A stretch of DNA of 64,000 nucleotides, from the NCBI GenBank assembly GCA_047285535.1, contig JBJBDC010000001.1:2176136-2240135 (forward strand), given 5' to 3'. Under the pieces are notes generated by a model, which worked only from the letters and a program-made list of their open reading frames with translations, had not been told where the DNA came from and made no database searches. This stretch comes from Synechococcus sp. (lineage in GTDB: Bacteria; Cyanobacteriota; Cyanobacteriia; PCC-6307; Cyanobiaceae). Both the position numbers and the translations under genes were made by a program. Below, one piece after another: positions 54,616 to 64,000 of the stretch (within the stretch, counting starts at the first letter, position 1; each line of letters begins with the position of its first letter).

Positions 54616-56120
54616 TGCAGAATCTTGAGACTCATTCGAAGTCGAGGCGGCCGGTGCATCAGCTCGAGACAGAGCGTTCCGATCGCATGGAAGAAGCCTG
54701 CGGTGTTTTTGCTGTGCAGGCGTTGGAACAGCCAGTGGCCAACCTTGTCTATTTCGGTCTTTATGCCTTGCAGCATCGCGGGCAGGAATCAGCTGGCATT
54801 GCTGTCTTCAACGAGGGAAAGGTCAGGCTCCATAAAGACATGGGCCTGGTGAGCCAGGTGTTTGATCAGGATGTGCTTGCCCGCATGCCCGGAGGTTTAG
54901 CCGTTGGCCATAACCGTTATTCGACTACGGGAAGTAGCAAGGTATGTAATGCCCAGCCGGTGGTCCTGATGACTCGGCTTGGTCCCTTTGCACTTGCTCA
55001 TAACGGCAATCTTGTGAATGCAGCAGAATTACGCGCTCATGTTGATAACGGTGAGGTGGAATTTACGTCCACCACTGATTCCGAATTGATTGCTTATGCG
55101 GTTCAGCAGGCTGTGGATGGAGGATTGGATTGGATAGAAGGGATTACGTCTGCAGCATCCTTATGCCAGGGGGCTTTCAGTTTGGTGATTGGAACTCCAG
55201 ATGCCCTGTATGGCTTGCGTGATGGTTATGGGATTCGACCGCTTGTTTACGGTTTTCTCGGTGAAAAGGAAAGTGGAAACTGGGTTCTCAGTAGCGAAAC
55301 TTGTGGACTCGATATCATTGGATCACAGTTTGTTGCTGATGTCGAACCAGGCGAGTTAGTAGTTTTTCGTTGTGGTGATCCAACACCTGAATGTCGTCGC
55401 TGGATTGAGCCGACCAAACGCATGTGTGTGTTTGAAATGATCTATTTCGCTCGTCCTGATAGTCGTTTCTTTGGTGAATCTCTCTACAGCTATCGCCAAC
55501 GTATCGGTCAGATCTTGGCTCGTGAATCAGCTGTGGAAGCGGATCTCGTGATTGGTGTGCCGGATTCAGGAATTCCTGCTGCAATTGGTTTTTCCCAGAT
55601 CAGTGGAATTCCTTATGCCGACGGATTGATCAAAAACCGCTATGTCGGTCGAACATTTATTCAGCCAACCCAGGCAATGCGTGAGGCTGGTATTCGCGTC
55701 AAACTCAATCCACTGCCTGACGTTCTAAATGGTAAAAGGGTTCTGGTGATAGATGACTCGATCGTCCGTGGAACCACGAGTCGAAAATTAGTTCAAGCTC
55801 TCCGTGAGGCCGGAGCGATCGAAGTGCACATGCGCATTAGTTCACCTCCCGTGACCCATCCCTGTTTTTATGGAATAGATACCGATACACAAGATCAGTT
55901 GATCGCTGCTCGACTGACCCTCCAGGAAATTGAACAGCATCTCAAGGTTGATTCTCTGGCGTATCTCACTAAGGAAGGGATGGTGGAAGCGGCCAATGCT
56001 CATTCAGAACATTTCTGTACGGCTTGTTTTGATGGCAACTATCCCATTCCGATGGATGCTTCGATGAGTGCGAGCAAGCTCATGCTGGAGCCTGCTGGTG
56101 TGGCTGCGACAAAGTCATGA
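54615..56120 (+). CDS. purF: Amidophosphoribosyltransferase
   Basis: EEA|CGVF N-terminal nucleophile, QHRGQE, DDSIVRGTT, PCFYGID. Confidence 0.97.
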   Translation: MQNLETHSKSRRPVHQLETERSDRMEEACGVFAVQALEQPVANLVYFGLYALQHRGQESAGIAVFNEGKVRLHKDMGLVSQVFDQDVLARMPGGLAVGHNRYSTTGSSKVCNAQPVVLMTRLGPFALAHNGNLVNAAELRAHVDNGEVEFTSTTDSELIAYAVQQAVDGGLDWIEGITSAASLCQGAFSLVIGTPDALYGLRDGYGIRPLVYGFLGEKESGNWVLSSETCGLDIIGSQFVADVEPGELVVFRCGDPTPECRRWIEPTKRMCVFEMIYFARPDSRFFGESLYSYRQRIGQILARESAVEADLVIGVPDSGIPAAIGFSQISGIPYADGLIKNRYVGRTFIQPTQAMREAGIRVKLNPLPDVLNGKRVLVIDDSIVRGTTSRKLVQALREAGAIEVHMRISSPPVTHPCFYGIDTDTQDQLIAARLTLQEIEQHLKVDSLAYLTKEGMVEAANAHSEHFCTACFDGNYPIPMDASMSASKLMLEPAGVAATKS

Positions 56121-56133
56121 TCTGATTCGTTGA

Positions 56134-58596
56134 TCAGCTAATTAGAGGTATTAAACGCAGAATTGATTCGTTATCTTTCAACGGGAGAAGATTCTGCTCG
56201 TTGAAGTCGAGCCGTCCGTGGCGACCATTGGATGTAACTACGCCGATTAAGGAATCGGCCAGGCAAGCTGCCGCAATCCGTTCCATCCCTTTGCTGGTTT
56301 CAAAATTCAACTCCCAGCCCATTTCTCCGAGATCTCCCCGTTTACAGGGACGAATGCTATTGAGTTCTAAACAATGCAATCGTCCAGTTTGACTTGCTAG
56401 CAGGATGAGTGTTGGGCGATCAGCGTGCCCGGCGATTGCGGTGACCAACTGTTCGCCAGGGAGCAGACGCATGGTGATCGGTCCTTGAGCCAACTTGCCC
56501 ATGAGTGGCAAATTTGTTTCGTCTGCTCGCAATCGAAGAATTCTGCCGATGTCACTGATGACTGCCACATCAGCGTGGTCTTGACAAATCAGGGCTGCTT
56601 TTAAGCTCACTCCTTCTTTTAGCTTGAGGACTGTGGCAGCTCGTCCCGATAACTCTTGAATGTCTTTGAGCGGAAGCCGCTTGAAACGACCATCACTGGT
56701 CAAGAGTCCTAGGGATTTTGTCTGATTTGCTGAGAGATCGTCTGGGTTCGGCAATGGCAGCAAGGACACCACATCATCGCCTTCAAGGGCAGTGGGTAGG
56801 AATCGCTCCAGGGTTCCTTGTTGCTGTCCTGCAAATTCCCATCGCACTAGTGCGACACGGCCACTGGCTGTGACAGCCAGGAGACGGGGTGGCGGATGGA
56901 TTGGAAGACTGATCAGGGCAGGGGAGGGTTCATCTCCCATAGGGACTGGTTCGTTGAGATGTAGCCGTCCAAGCAATTGAGGGCTCACGATCTTCACTTG
57001 ACCATCGTCTTGAATCAGTAGCCTGGAGTCGCTTGGCAGGGCGTCAAGCGCCTGGCGTCTTTGTAATTCGGCATTGGGTCGCTGACTCGCAGCTCTCTCG
57101 GCGAGAAGGTGGTCACCACCTTCCACTAGTCGGGTTCGTCTCGGTGTTGCAAAGCGTTTTTTAAGTTGTCGAAGCTCATCAATTAGGGCATCTAGTAATT
57201 GTTCGCGGTTTTCCAATAGCAGGGTTAAGCGTTGTCTTTCTTGACGAAGATCATCTGCTTCCTTGCGCAGGCTTTCCTGCTCAAGGCCTGTGAGCCTGCG
57301 TAATGGCATCGCCAGGACGGCATCAGCCTGTCGTTCACTCAGATCGAAATGAACCATCAAACTGGCTCTTGCTTTGGCTGCATCTCTAGCTTCCTGAATC
57401 ATGCCGATCACTTTTTGAAGTGATGCGAGGGCGGTGATCAGGCCTTCCACCACCTCAAGCCGATCTTCCGTTTTGCGTAGCGCATGATTTGTACGCCTAA
57501 TGATCGTGAGCTCTCTGTAATCCAGGAAGGTTTTGAGGAGTTGACGCAGTGTGAGCTGCTGAGGTCTCCCATCGACTAGGGCGAGCAGGATCGCGCCGAA
57601 ATTGCTTTGAAGTGACGTGCGTCGTTGCAAGTCTGCAAGCACTGCTTCTGGATCTGCATCACGGCGTAGTTCCACCACCACCCGCATGCCTTCACGGTCG
57701 CTCTCATCACGGATATCAGCGATGCCGCCAATTTTCCCGTCGTTGACTTGCTCAGCAAGTTTTTCGATCCAGCCAGCCTTGCTGAGTTGGTAAGGAAGTT
57801 CTGTCACGATCACGGCGTTACGTCGATGCTTGCCTTTACCGGGCTGCACTTCCTCGACGTGGGCGACTCCGCGCATGGGAATGCTGCCTCTTCCGCGTAA
57901 ATAAGTTTCGCGGAGACCACTTCCTAGAAGTACCTCACCACCGGTGGGGAAATCAGGTCCGGGGATCAGTTTGAAGACCTCTTCATCGCTCAGATCAGGT
58001 CGTCGAACCAGAGCAATGAGTCCGTCTACGACCTCGCCAAGGTTGTGGGGAGGAATGCTGGTGGCCATGCCAACGGCAATACCTGAGCAGCCGTTGAGAA
58101 GCAAAAAAGGTAATTGGGCGGGAAGAACGGTGGGTTCTTGTTGGGATCCATCGAAGTTGGCTGCAAAATCAACAGTGTCGTTGCCAATTTCATCCAGCAA
58201 CCCCTCGTGAGAAATAGGAGCTAAACGCGTTTCGGTGTACCGCATCGCTGCTGGTGGATCGTCATCCACTGAGCCGAAGTTGCCATGACCATCCAACAAA
58301 GGATTGCGGCTTGAGAAGGTTTGGACCAACCTCACCAAGGCGTCATAAACGGCCTGATCACCATGCGGGTGGTACTTACCAAGTACATCCCCTACGACAC
58401 GGGCACACTTTCGATAAGGACGATCTGGGGTCAGCCCCAGTTCATGCATCGCAAACAGAATTCTGCGCTGAACCGGCTTCAATCCATCACGAACGTCAGG
58501 GAGAGCTCTTCCCACGATGACGCTCATCGCGTATTCGAGGTATGAGCGCTGCATTTCCTGATGCAGGGCGATCAATTGAACGCGCTCCTCGGCCAT
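56134..58596 (-). CDS. Type IIA topoisomerase subunit A (GyrA/ParC family)
   Basis: [30 protein letters not shown] active-site Tyr. Confidence 0.93.
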   Translation of the reverse strand: MAEERVQLIALHQEMQRSYLEYAMSVIVGRALPDVRDGLKPVQRRILFAMHELGLTPDRPYRKCARVVGDVLGKYHPHGDQAVYDALVRLVQTFSSRNPLLDGHGNFGSVDDDPPAAMRYTETRLAPISHEGLLDEIGNDTVDFAANFDGSQQEPTVLPAQLPFLLLNGCSGIAVGMATSIPPHNLGEVVDGLIALVRRPDLSDEEVFKLIPGPDFPTGGEVLLGSGLRETYLRGRGSIPMRGVAHVEEVQPGKGKHRRNAVIVTELPYQLSKAGWIEKLAEQVNDGKIGGIADIRDESDREGMRVVVELRRDADPEAVLADLQRRTSLQSNFGAILLALVDGRPQQLTLRQLLKTFLDYRELTIIRRTNHALRKTEDRLEVVEGLITALASLQKVIGMIQEARDAAKARASLMVHFDLSERQADAVLAMPLRRLTGLEQESLRKEADDLRQERQRLTLLLENREQLLDALIDELRQLKKRFATPRRTRLVEGGDHLLAERAASQRPNAELQRRQALDALPSDSRLLIQDDGQVKIVSPQLLGRLHLNEPVPMGDEPSPALISLPIHPPPRLLAVTASGRVALVRWEFAGQQQGTLERFLPTALEGDDVVSLLPLPNPDDLSANQTKSLGLLTSDGRFKRLPLKDIQELSGRAATVLKLKEGVSLKAALICQDHADVAVISDIGRILRLRADETNLPLMGKLAQGPITMRLLPGEQLVTAIAGHADRPTLILLASQTGRLHCLELNSIRPCKRGDLGEMGWELNFETSKGMERIAAACLADSLIGVVTSNGRHGRLDFNEQNLLPLKDNESILRLIPLIS

Positions 58597-58665
58597 CCTG
58601 TAGGGAAAAAAGAGGGCAGACGAGTGTCAGCCTACAGATCTTCTTCTACTTGACCAGATTTTTCG

Positions 58666-59568
58666 TTAATGAGCGCTTCTCGGATCTGCATTGGCTTCGG
58701 CTCGTTCTACGGCATCTTGAAGGCTTGGGTTGTTGAGAAGTTCTGCTGTTGCCCTACGTAATTTCTGGCCCCAAAGTTGTTTTTTCTGGTGGCCAGGTAG
58801 GACGTAATTAGGAGATTCAGCAAGGGCTTTTCGGGCTAGCGCTATGGATTCCTGGTCGCCAGCATCAACTTGATTCAGCGCAGCAGCTAGGGCCAACATT
58901 GGCTCTGGATTGGCATTGATCGCTAATACAGAACGCCATCGACGAATGGCTTCTCTGGTGTTTCCCATTTCAAAAAGCACCAGGCTTTGATTATTCAAGG
59001 CTTCCCAGAAACTGGGTTTAATCGCGGTGGCCCGTTCAAAGGCTTGAAGGGCCCGTTTTTGATCAGATTGCATCACCCTGGCATTGCCAAGATCGAAGTA
59101 TGCAGTTGCGTTTTTGGGATCCAGACTGAGACCTCGGTCCAGAAGTGGAATCGCATCTTCCGGACGGTTATTGCGTAGCGCTAGGGATGCTTGTGCAAAC
59201 CAGAGCCCTGGATTGGTCGGATTGAGTGATTTCGCTCTGGCTAGGGATCCAGCTGCAGCATCGAGCTGATCGCTGCGCAGTTGGGATTCAGCTAGCACGG
59301 ACCAGAGCCTTTCATCATTGGGTTGTAGACGTACAGCCAAAGCAGCTAGTCGGGCAGCTTCTTTGGGCTGTTCCAGCTGAAGCAACTGTGCTGCAGTGCG
59401 ACCAATGCCAATTCCCGCACGCGCTAGTTCCCGAGTGCTAGGTGTATAAACATAGGGAATTAAGGCTTTCGCCGGCTTGGCGTTGCATAGTCCGATCGCG
59501 CTCATGAGGGCGGCTGCCACCCAGGCGTTGTTGAAAGATTGGATTGAACGCCGATGGGATCCCATCAC
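58666..59568 (-). CDS. Tetratricopeptide repeat protein
   Basis: Signal-like N-terminus; TPR units (AYFDLGNA..ALQAFERA). Confidence 0.85.
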   Translation of the reverse strand: MMGSHRRSIQSFNNAWVAAALMSAIGLCNAKPAKALIPYVYTPSTRELARAGIGIGRTAAQLLQLEQPKEAARLAALAVRLQPNDERLWSVLAESQLRSDQLDAAAGSLARAKSLNPTNPGLWFAQASLALRNNRPEDAIPLLDRGLSLDPKNATAYFDLGNARVMQSDQKRALQAFERATAIKPSFWEALNNQSLVLFEMGNTREAIRRWRSVLAINANPEPMLALAAALNQVDAGDQESIALARKALAESPNYVLPGHQKKQLWGQKLRRATAELLNNPSLQDAVERAEANADPRSAH

Positions 59569-60539
59569 CGAGTCTCAGATGAGGACAGATTAGGTGGATT
59601 CACTGACTTTGCTGCTGCTGCATTACGTCGCCACATCCAAGGTTTGATGCGTCTGAGCGCGGATCCACGCAGCTTGTGATCCCACGTTTGTGGATCCCAT
59701 TGCTCCACCTGTTCTGCACTGAGATCTAAAACCCAGCGACGGGGTTGCACCTCGGGATCTTCACTCGAGGGCAGCCGTTTCTGATTGAAAGGACAGATGT
59801 CTTGGCAAATATCACAGCCAGCGACCCATTGACCCATACCAATCTTGATGAAGTCTGGAAGTTCTTGATCGCGATTTTCAATTGTGTGGTATGCTATACA
59901 TCGACGTGAATCAACCACGAACGGTTCCCTGATGGCGTTGGTGGGGCAGGCGTCCATACAAGCTCTGCAATGGCCACAGAGCGATTGCGCTGGCTGATCA
60001 GCAACCAGCTCCTCTGTGGTTAGAAGGTGGCCAATCACCATCCAAGATCCTCGTTGTGGATGAATCACGTTGCTGTGTTTTCCGATCCATCCGAGACCTG
60101 CCTCTTCTGCCCATGCCTTGTCCATTAAGGGTTCGGCATCCACGCAAACCCGCCAGCGCGAATTGGGCCGTTGCGTTTTAAGCCAGCGCCCAACCCGCCT
60201 TAATCTTTGGCTCACAACGCGGTGATAATCACGGCCCCATGCATAGCGAGCAATTGCAAGCCTATTGAATTGTCGAGATTCTGAAACGTAGTAGTTCAGT
60301 CCAACGGCAAGCAGACTGCGAGCACCGTCCAGTAGTGAGCTTGCTTCCAGTCTTCGCGGAGCAGACATCCAGCCCATCTCTGCTTGGAAACCAGCATCAA
60401 GCCATCGTTGCAAGGATGCTGTGCGCATTTTCAGCCTGGCGCTTCCAGGCAAACATGCGATCCCCACTGGATCGAAACCTTCTAGGTATGCCCGTTCTTT
60501 AAGCGCCGAACTGAGTTGAACCTGTCCTGTTGAGGACAT
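59565..60539 (-). CDS. queG: tRNA epoxyqueuosine(34) reductase
   Basis: YAWGRDYH, AGLGWIGK, CGHCRACMDACPT, GCDICQDICP. Confidence 0.93.
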   Translation of the reverse strand: MSSTGQVQLSSALKERAYLEGFDPVGIACLPGSARLKMRTASLQRWLDAGFQAEMGWMSAPRRLEASSLLDGARSLLAVGLNYYVSESRQFNRLAIARYAWGRDYHRVVSQRLRRVGRWLKTQRPNSRWRVCVDAEPLMDKAWAEEAGLGWIGKHSNVIHPQRGSWMVIGHLLTTEELVADQPAQSLCGHCRACMDACPTNAIREPFVVDSRRCIAYHTIENRDQELPDFIKIGMGQWVAGCDICQDICPFNQKRLPSSEDPEVQPRRWVLDLSAEQVEQWDPQTWDHKLRGSALRRIKPWMWRRNAAAAKSVNPPNLSSSETR

Positions 60540-60583
60540 CGCGGAAACAGACCGTAAAGTTAGCCGTCCTTAATTATCCTGAC

Positions 60584-61246
60584 GTGTCCGCATCCCCATC
60601 GGGTTCTCAATCCTTACGACTTTCATTTGTTCTTCGCTGGTTGGGAATCACCCTGGTTGTGCTCCTGGCGTTACAAATGGCTGTTCTTTTGAGTGCAGCT
60701 GATTGGGCAGATGGAGTTTTTAAACAACTGTTGATTGAGCGTTTGGTTAGCCAAACCCCCATGGGGTTTATCGGTCTCTTGCTGATGCTTTTGGGTTCTC
60801 GTCTTGACCATCCCGAGTCAGCAAGACCTCCGATTCGTTGGGTTGTTTCCGCTCTTTCTGCGGTCTTGGCGATCGCGATGATTGTGGTAGTCCCTGTTTC
60901 GATAACCGGTAACCAGAATCTTTCGGGCGAAACCGAGCAAACGCTTGACCAGCAGCGTGGTCAGCTGGAGATGGCTCGTGAGCAATCAGCGAATCCCGAT
61001 AACGTGAAAATGTTGGGAAATCAGCTTGCTCAAGCTGGCCAATTGCCTGCTGATGCCAGTGAAGAAGACAAAACCAAAGCAGCTCAGGCTTTCATCGATA
61101 AACAGCTGAAGCAGATGGAACAGCAGATTCAGCAGGGGGAACGTCAGCGCAACCTTGCTGTCAATCAGCGTCGCTATGGAGGGACATTGAGTGCGGTGAT
61201 TCTTGCCATCGCTCTTTTGCTGTTGGCTCTAGCAGCCGTGATCTAA
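60584..61246 (+). CDS. HpsJ-like membrane protein
   Basis: Three N-terminal TM segments, Gln-rich coiled coil, C-terminal TM. Confidence 0.65.
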   Translation: MSASPSGSQSLRLSFVLRWLGITLVVLLALQMAVLLSAADWADGVFKQLLIERLVSQTPMGFIGLLLMLLGSRLDHPESARPPIRWVVSALSAVLAIAMIVVVPVSITGNQNLSGETEQTLDQQRGQLEMAREQSANPDNVKMLGNQLAQAGQLPADASEEDKTKAAQAFIDKQLKQMEQQIQQGERQRNLAVNQRRYGGTLSAVILAIALLLLALAAVI

Positions 61247-61301
61247 TCGATCCGCTGGTTAGGTTGGTGAGATCACGTCAGCCTCAGGCCACAGGCGTTC
61301 C

Positions 61302-62054
61302 TTGGTGCAGTCCAATACAAGACCTGACCTGCCGCCTCTCGGCGCCAGGCTTCAGCAAGATCTGAAGAACGATTTAATCGCAGGGTTGTTAGTGGTTATT
61401 CCGCTAGCAACCACCATCTGGCTGGCAACCACTGTCAGCAGATTTGTGCTGGCTTTTCTTACTTCAATTCCGAAGCAGTTCAACCCGTTCATCACCCTCA
61501 ATCCTCTTTTGCAGGATTTGATTAATTTGGCGCTTGGATTGACCGTGCCCCTTTTTGCGATTTTGCTGATTGGCTTGATGGCGAGGAATATCGTCGGCCG
61601 CTGGTTACTTGAGTTCGGTGAAGGGACTCTGCAACGCATCCCTCTTGCTGGTTCTGTTTACAAAACGCTGAAGCAATTGCTCGCAACGTTTCTGAGAGAT
61701 AACTCTCAGCGATTCCGTCGCGTTGTGTTAGTGGAATATCCTCGTGAGGGCTTGTACAGCGTTGGATTTGTGACTGGAGAGGTGGGACCCTCCCTCCAAG
61801 CTGAGCTCAAGGAGCCTCTTCTCAGTGTTTTTATTCCCACTGCCCCTAATCCAACCACAGGCTGGTACACCCTGGTTCCAGCTACCTCAGTTAAGGATCT
61901 AGAGATTTCAGTGGAAGATGCGTTCCGAACGATTATTTCCGCTGGAATTGTGAATCCTGATGACCGTGAAGCTCCTGTGAATAGAAGTTTTTCCAGCTTG
62001 ATCTCTCAATTGCGTGGTTCTGTGTCACCGTCTTCGTCCACCACTGGAGCCTGA
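61302..62054 (+). CDS. DUF502 family membrane protein
   Basis: AGLLVVIPL, RIPLAGSVYKTLKQ, VLVEYPR, FIPTAPNPTTG. Confidence 0.88.
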   Translation: MVQSNTRPDLPPLGARLQQDLKNDLIAGLLVVIPLATTIWLATTVSRFVLAFLTSIPKQFNPFITLNPLLQDLINLALGLTVPLFAILLIGLMARNIVGRWLLEFGEGTLQRIPLAGSVYKTLKQLLATFLRDNSQRFRRVVLVEYPREGLYSVGFVTGEVGPSLQAELKEPLLSVFIPTAPNPTTGWYTLVPATSVKDLEISVEDAFRTIISAGIVNPDDREAPVNRSFSSLISQLRGSVSPSSSTTGA

Positions 62055-62069
62055 ACTCGACTCGGCCGT

Positions 62070-62708
62070 ATGTCCATGCAGTCCCGATCTCTCTCCCGTG
62101 AACTTGCTCTGCTAGTGCTCGGTCAGTGTCCTGAGCGTATGAGTGATTCTCATGATCTCTCACTAGACACGTTGCTTCAAAAAGCTCTTGACAGCCTGAT
62201 GCAGCACTGGACAGAAGTCTTGGATTGTTGTGCTGGAGATTTGGAAAAAGCTCAGCAGCATCTTCTTGATAGTGAGCTTCAAGATGGTTCCACCTCCGAT
62301 CATTCATCAGTACGCGAGTCTTTACAGGCGTCCTTGACGGTGGCTGAACAGGTTCTGAATGGCCTCTCGGCCAGTCTTGAGTTGCCTCGATTATTGGCTT
62401 TATCAAATCAAGATCAGGTCCGCCGAGAAGCCATGCAACGGGTGACTTTTGTTCTGAAAAAGCGCAAAACTATTGATCAGTTGCTTGATGGCGTGATGGA
62501 GGGCTGGCGCTTCACCCGATTACCACGCATCGATCGCGATATTTTGCGGTTGGCAGTGATTGATCTCTCTGAACTCAATACTCCCGCTGCCGTGGTCTGT
62601 AACGAAGCTGTTGAATTGGCTCATCGATTCAGTGATGAGCAAGGCAGAAAGATGATTAATGGTGTGCTGCGTCGTCTGCAGAACGCTCCTTCCCAGGTGT
62701 TGTCCTGA
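62070..62708 (+). CDS. nusB: Transcription antitermination factor NusB
   Basis: RELAL, WRFTRLPRIDRDILRLA, NEAVELA, INGVLR. Confidence 0.93.
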   Translation: MSMQSRSLSRELALLVLGQCPERMSDSHDLSLDTLLQKALDSLMQHWTEVLDCCAGDLEKAQQHLLDSELQDGSTSDHSSVRESLQASLTVAEQVLNGLSASLELPRLLALSNQDQVRREAMQRVTFVLKKRKTIDQLLDGVMEGWRFTRLPRIDRDILRLAVIDLSELNTPAAVVCNEAVELAHRFSDEQGRKMINGVLRRLQNAPSQVLS

Positions 62709-62711
62709 ATC

Positions 62712-64000
62712 ATGATTTACGACTGGTTTAATCGAGGTTCTGTTCCACCTAAGGACTCAGCTGACCCTCCAGTTGAACAAGCCGTTCGACAAGATCAAGC
62801 GTCTCAGACAGAAACTTCTTTCACGCAACCAGTGGAGTCCCAGGAGCTTGAATCTTCGTCTTCCGAGTCGGACGATGATCCTCTTGAGTGGGCCCGTCAG
62901 GCTTACGCAAGGTTAAAGGCTGAAAAGGCCCAGGCTGCTTCTGCCGAGACACTCGCTGAACAGAAGAAAGGAGTCCCTTTACGAGGGGGGCAACAGTGTC
63001 TAGAGGACAAGGGTGAGCCAGTGCAATCTGAGCTTGCATCCTCTTCGGTTCCAGAAGCCTTTCCATCTGTTGCTCCTGATCAAGAAGAAGCTTCTGAAGC
63101 TTCTCTCCCTTCAACGCCAACGTCATCCACAGCAGCCCCGGTTGTTGAGCCATCGCCTGCCCAAGAATCGATGGCAGATCGAGTTGTTTCTCAACTTTCA
63201 GGTCCAGACCAGGCTTCAGCTGCTCCAACATCTCCTGATTCATCGCTGTCCTTTCTTGAACAGGCAGCGGCTCAGCGTGATCAGCGTCGACAGGAGCTTG
63301 AGCTTCCTGCTGATCCCGATCCCATTCATGTGGCTGCTTCTGTTGTCCAAGACAGAGTTGAAATCGATGAGGAAATCAATGAGGAAGAGCCCAAACTCGG
63401 TGAATTTGATGATTCATTCACGTGGTCGGCGGAAGTTCTGGCAGCCCAAGGACGGAGTGCAGATCAGGTCACCCTCGAGGAGATCGACTGGTTAGGACGA
63501 TTGCGCCAAGGTCTGGAGAAAACCCGAAAGGGTTTTGTTACCAGTCTGCTGGACAACTTGGGCGATGACCCTCTCACTCCTGAGGTTCTTGACGATCTCG
63601 AATCGCTTTTGTTGAGGGCTGATGCTGGTGTTCAGGCCACTGATCAAGTGCTGGATGCTTTGAGGCAACGGATGAACAAAGAGGTCGTGGATCCAAGTGA
63701 AGGTCTTCGTTTTCTCAAGGAACAGTTGCGTGATCTTCTGAATGAGCCCATACGGTCCAGTGGGGTTGAAGTTTTAGCTCCTCAAAGGGAGCGCCTAAAT
63801 GTTTGGCTCATGGTTGGTGTCAATGGCGTTGGTAAAACCACCACACTGGGCAAGATCGCCAATCTTGCGGTACGCAGTGGCTATTCAGCATTAATCGCAG
63901 CGGCAGATACCTTCCGTGCTGCGGCTGTTCAGCAAGTGCAAGTTTGGGGTGATCGAAGTGATGTTCCAGTTGTGGCCAATCCCTCCACGAATGCCGATCC
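62712..64000 (+). CDS. ftsY: Signal recognition particle receptor FtsY (runs off window end)
   Basis: Hand translation from ATG 62712 stays open: acidic N-region, then GVNGVGKTTTLGK and AADTFRAAA; absent from the ORF track because it has no stop in the window. Confidence 0.95.
   Translation, partial: MIYDWFNRGSVPPKDSADPPVEQAVRQDQASQTETSFTQPVESQELESSSSESDDDPLEWARQAYARLKAEKAQAASAETLAEQKKGVPLRGGQQCLEDKGEPVQSELASSSVPEAFPSVAPDQEEASEASLPSTPTSSTAAPVVEPSPAQESMADRVVSQLSGPDQASAAPTSPDSSLSFLEQAAAQRDQRRQELELPADPDPIHVAASVVQDRVEIDEEINEEEPKLGEFDDSFTWSAEVLAAQGRSADQVTLEEIDWLGRLRQGLEKTRKGFVTSLLDNLGDDPLTPEVLDDLESLLLRADAGVQATDQVLDALRQRMNKEVVDPSEGLRFLKEQLRDLLNEPIRSSGVEVLAPQRERLNVWLMVGVNGVGKTTTLGKIANLAVRSGYSALIAAADTFRAAAVQQVQVWGDRSDVPVVANPSTNAD

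Noticed and set aside
62821..63495. ORF-track entries 62821-63243 (-) and 63013-63495 (+), and a possible frameshift at the G6 run near 62985
   Set aside because: ftsY reads through in frame from 62712 to the window end; these ORFs are shadows

Overview
This window is from a marine picocyanobacterial (Synechococcus-type) chromosome and spans the replication origin. Most of it is conserved core genome: ppk1, a group-2 sigma factor, DAHP synthase, acnB, ClC, purU, psbQ, pstS, dnaK, aroE, rpsF, argG, mraY, purT, sucrose-phosphate synthase, uvrA, recN and thrC, then oriC (DnaA boxes, DnaA-trios, strand-skew switch), then dnaN, purL, purF, a type IIA topoisomerase A subunit, queG, nusB and ftsY. 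Five accessory or odd parts stand out. (1) A decayed MFS efflux pseudogene at ~377-1558. (2) A 1968-aa modular metzincin protease/adhesin-like gene with four identical 318-bp repeats and two near-identical repeats of 855-bp period. (3) A 1.9-kb AT-rich stretch after mraY with no ORF of 60 aa or more. (4) An outer-membrane beta-barrel gene (PagL-like, with His-x-Cys in place of His-x-Ser) bracketed by a 519-bp direct duplication of core DNA, one breakpoint of which falls in a GCGATCGC (HIP1) octamer. (5) A PiT/PHO4-like transporter gene beside oriC with Pho-box-like repeats resembling those upstream of pstS. I saw no tRNA, rRNA, CRISPR array, integrase or transposase. I cannot demonstrate a wholly new system; the duplication-bracketed barrel cassette and the giant repeat protease are the best candidates. 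All product calls come from recognising motifs in the translations, not from database searches.
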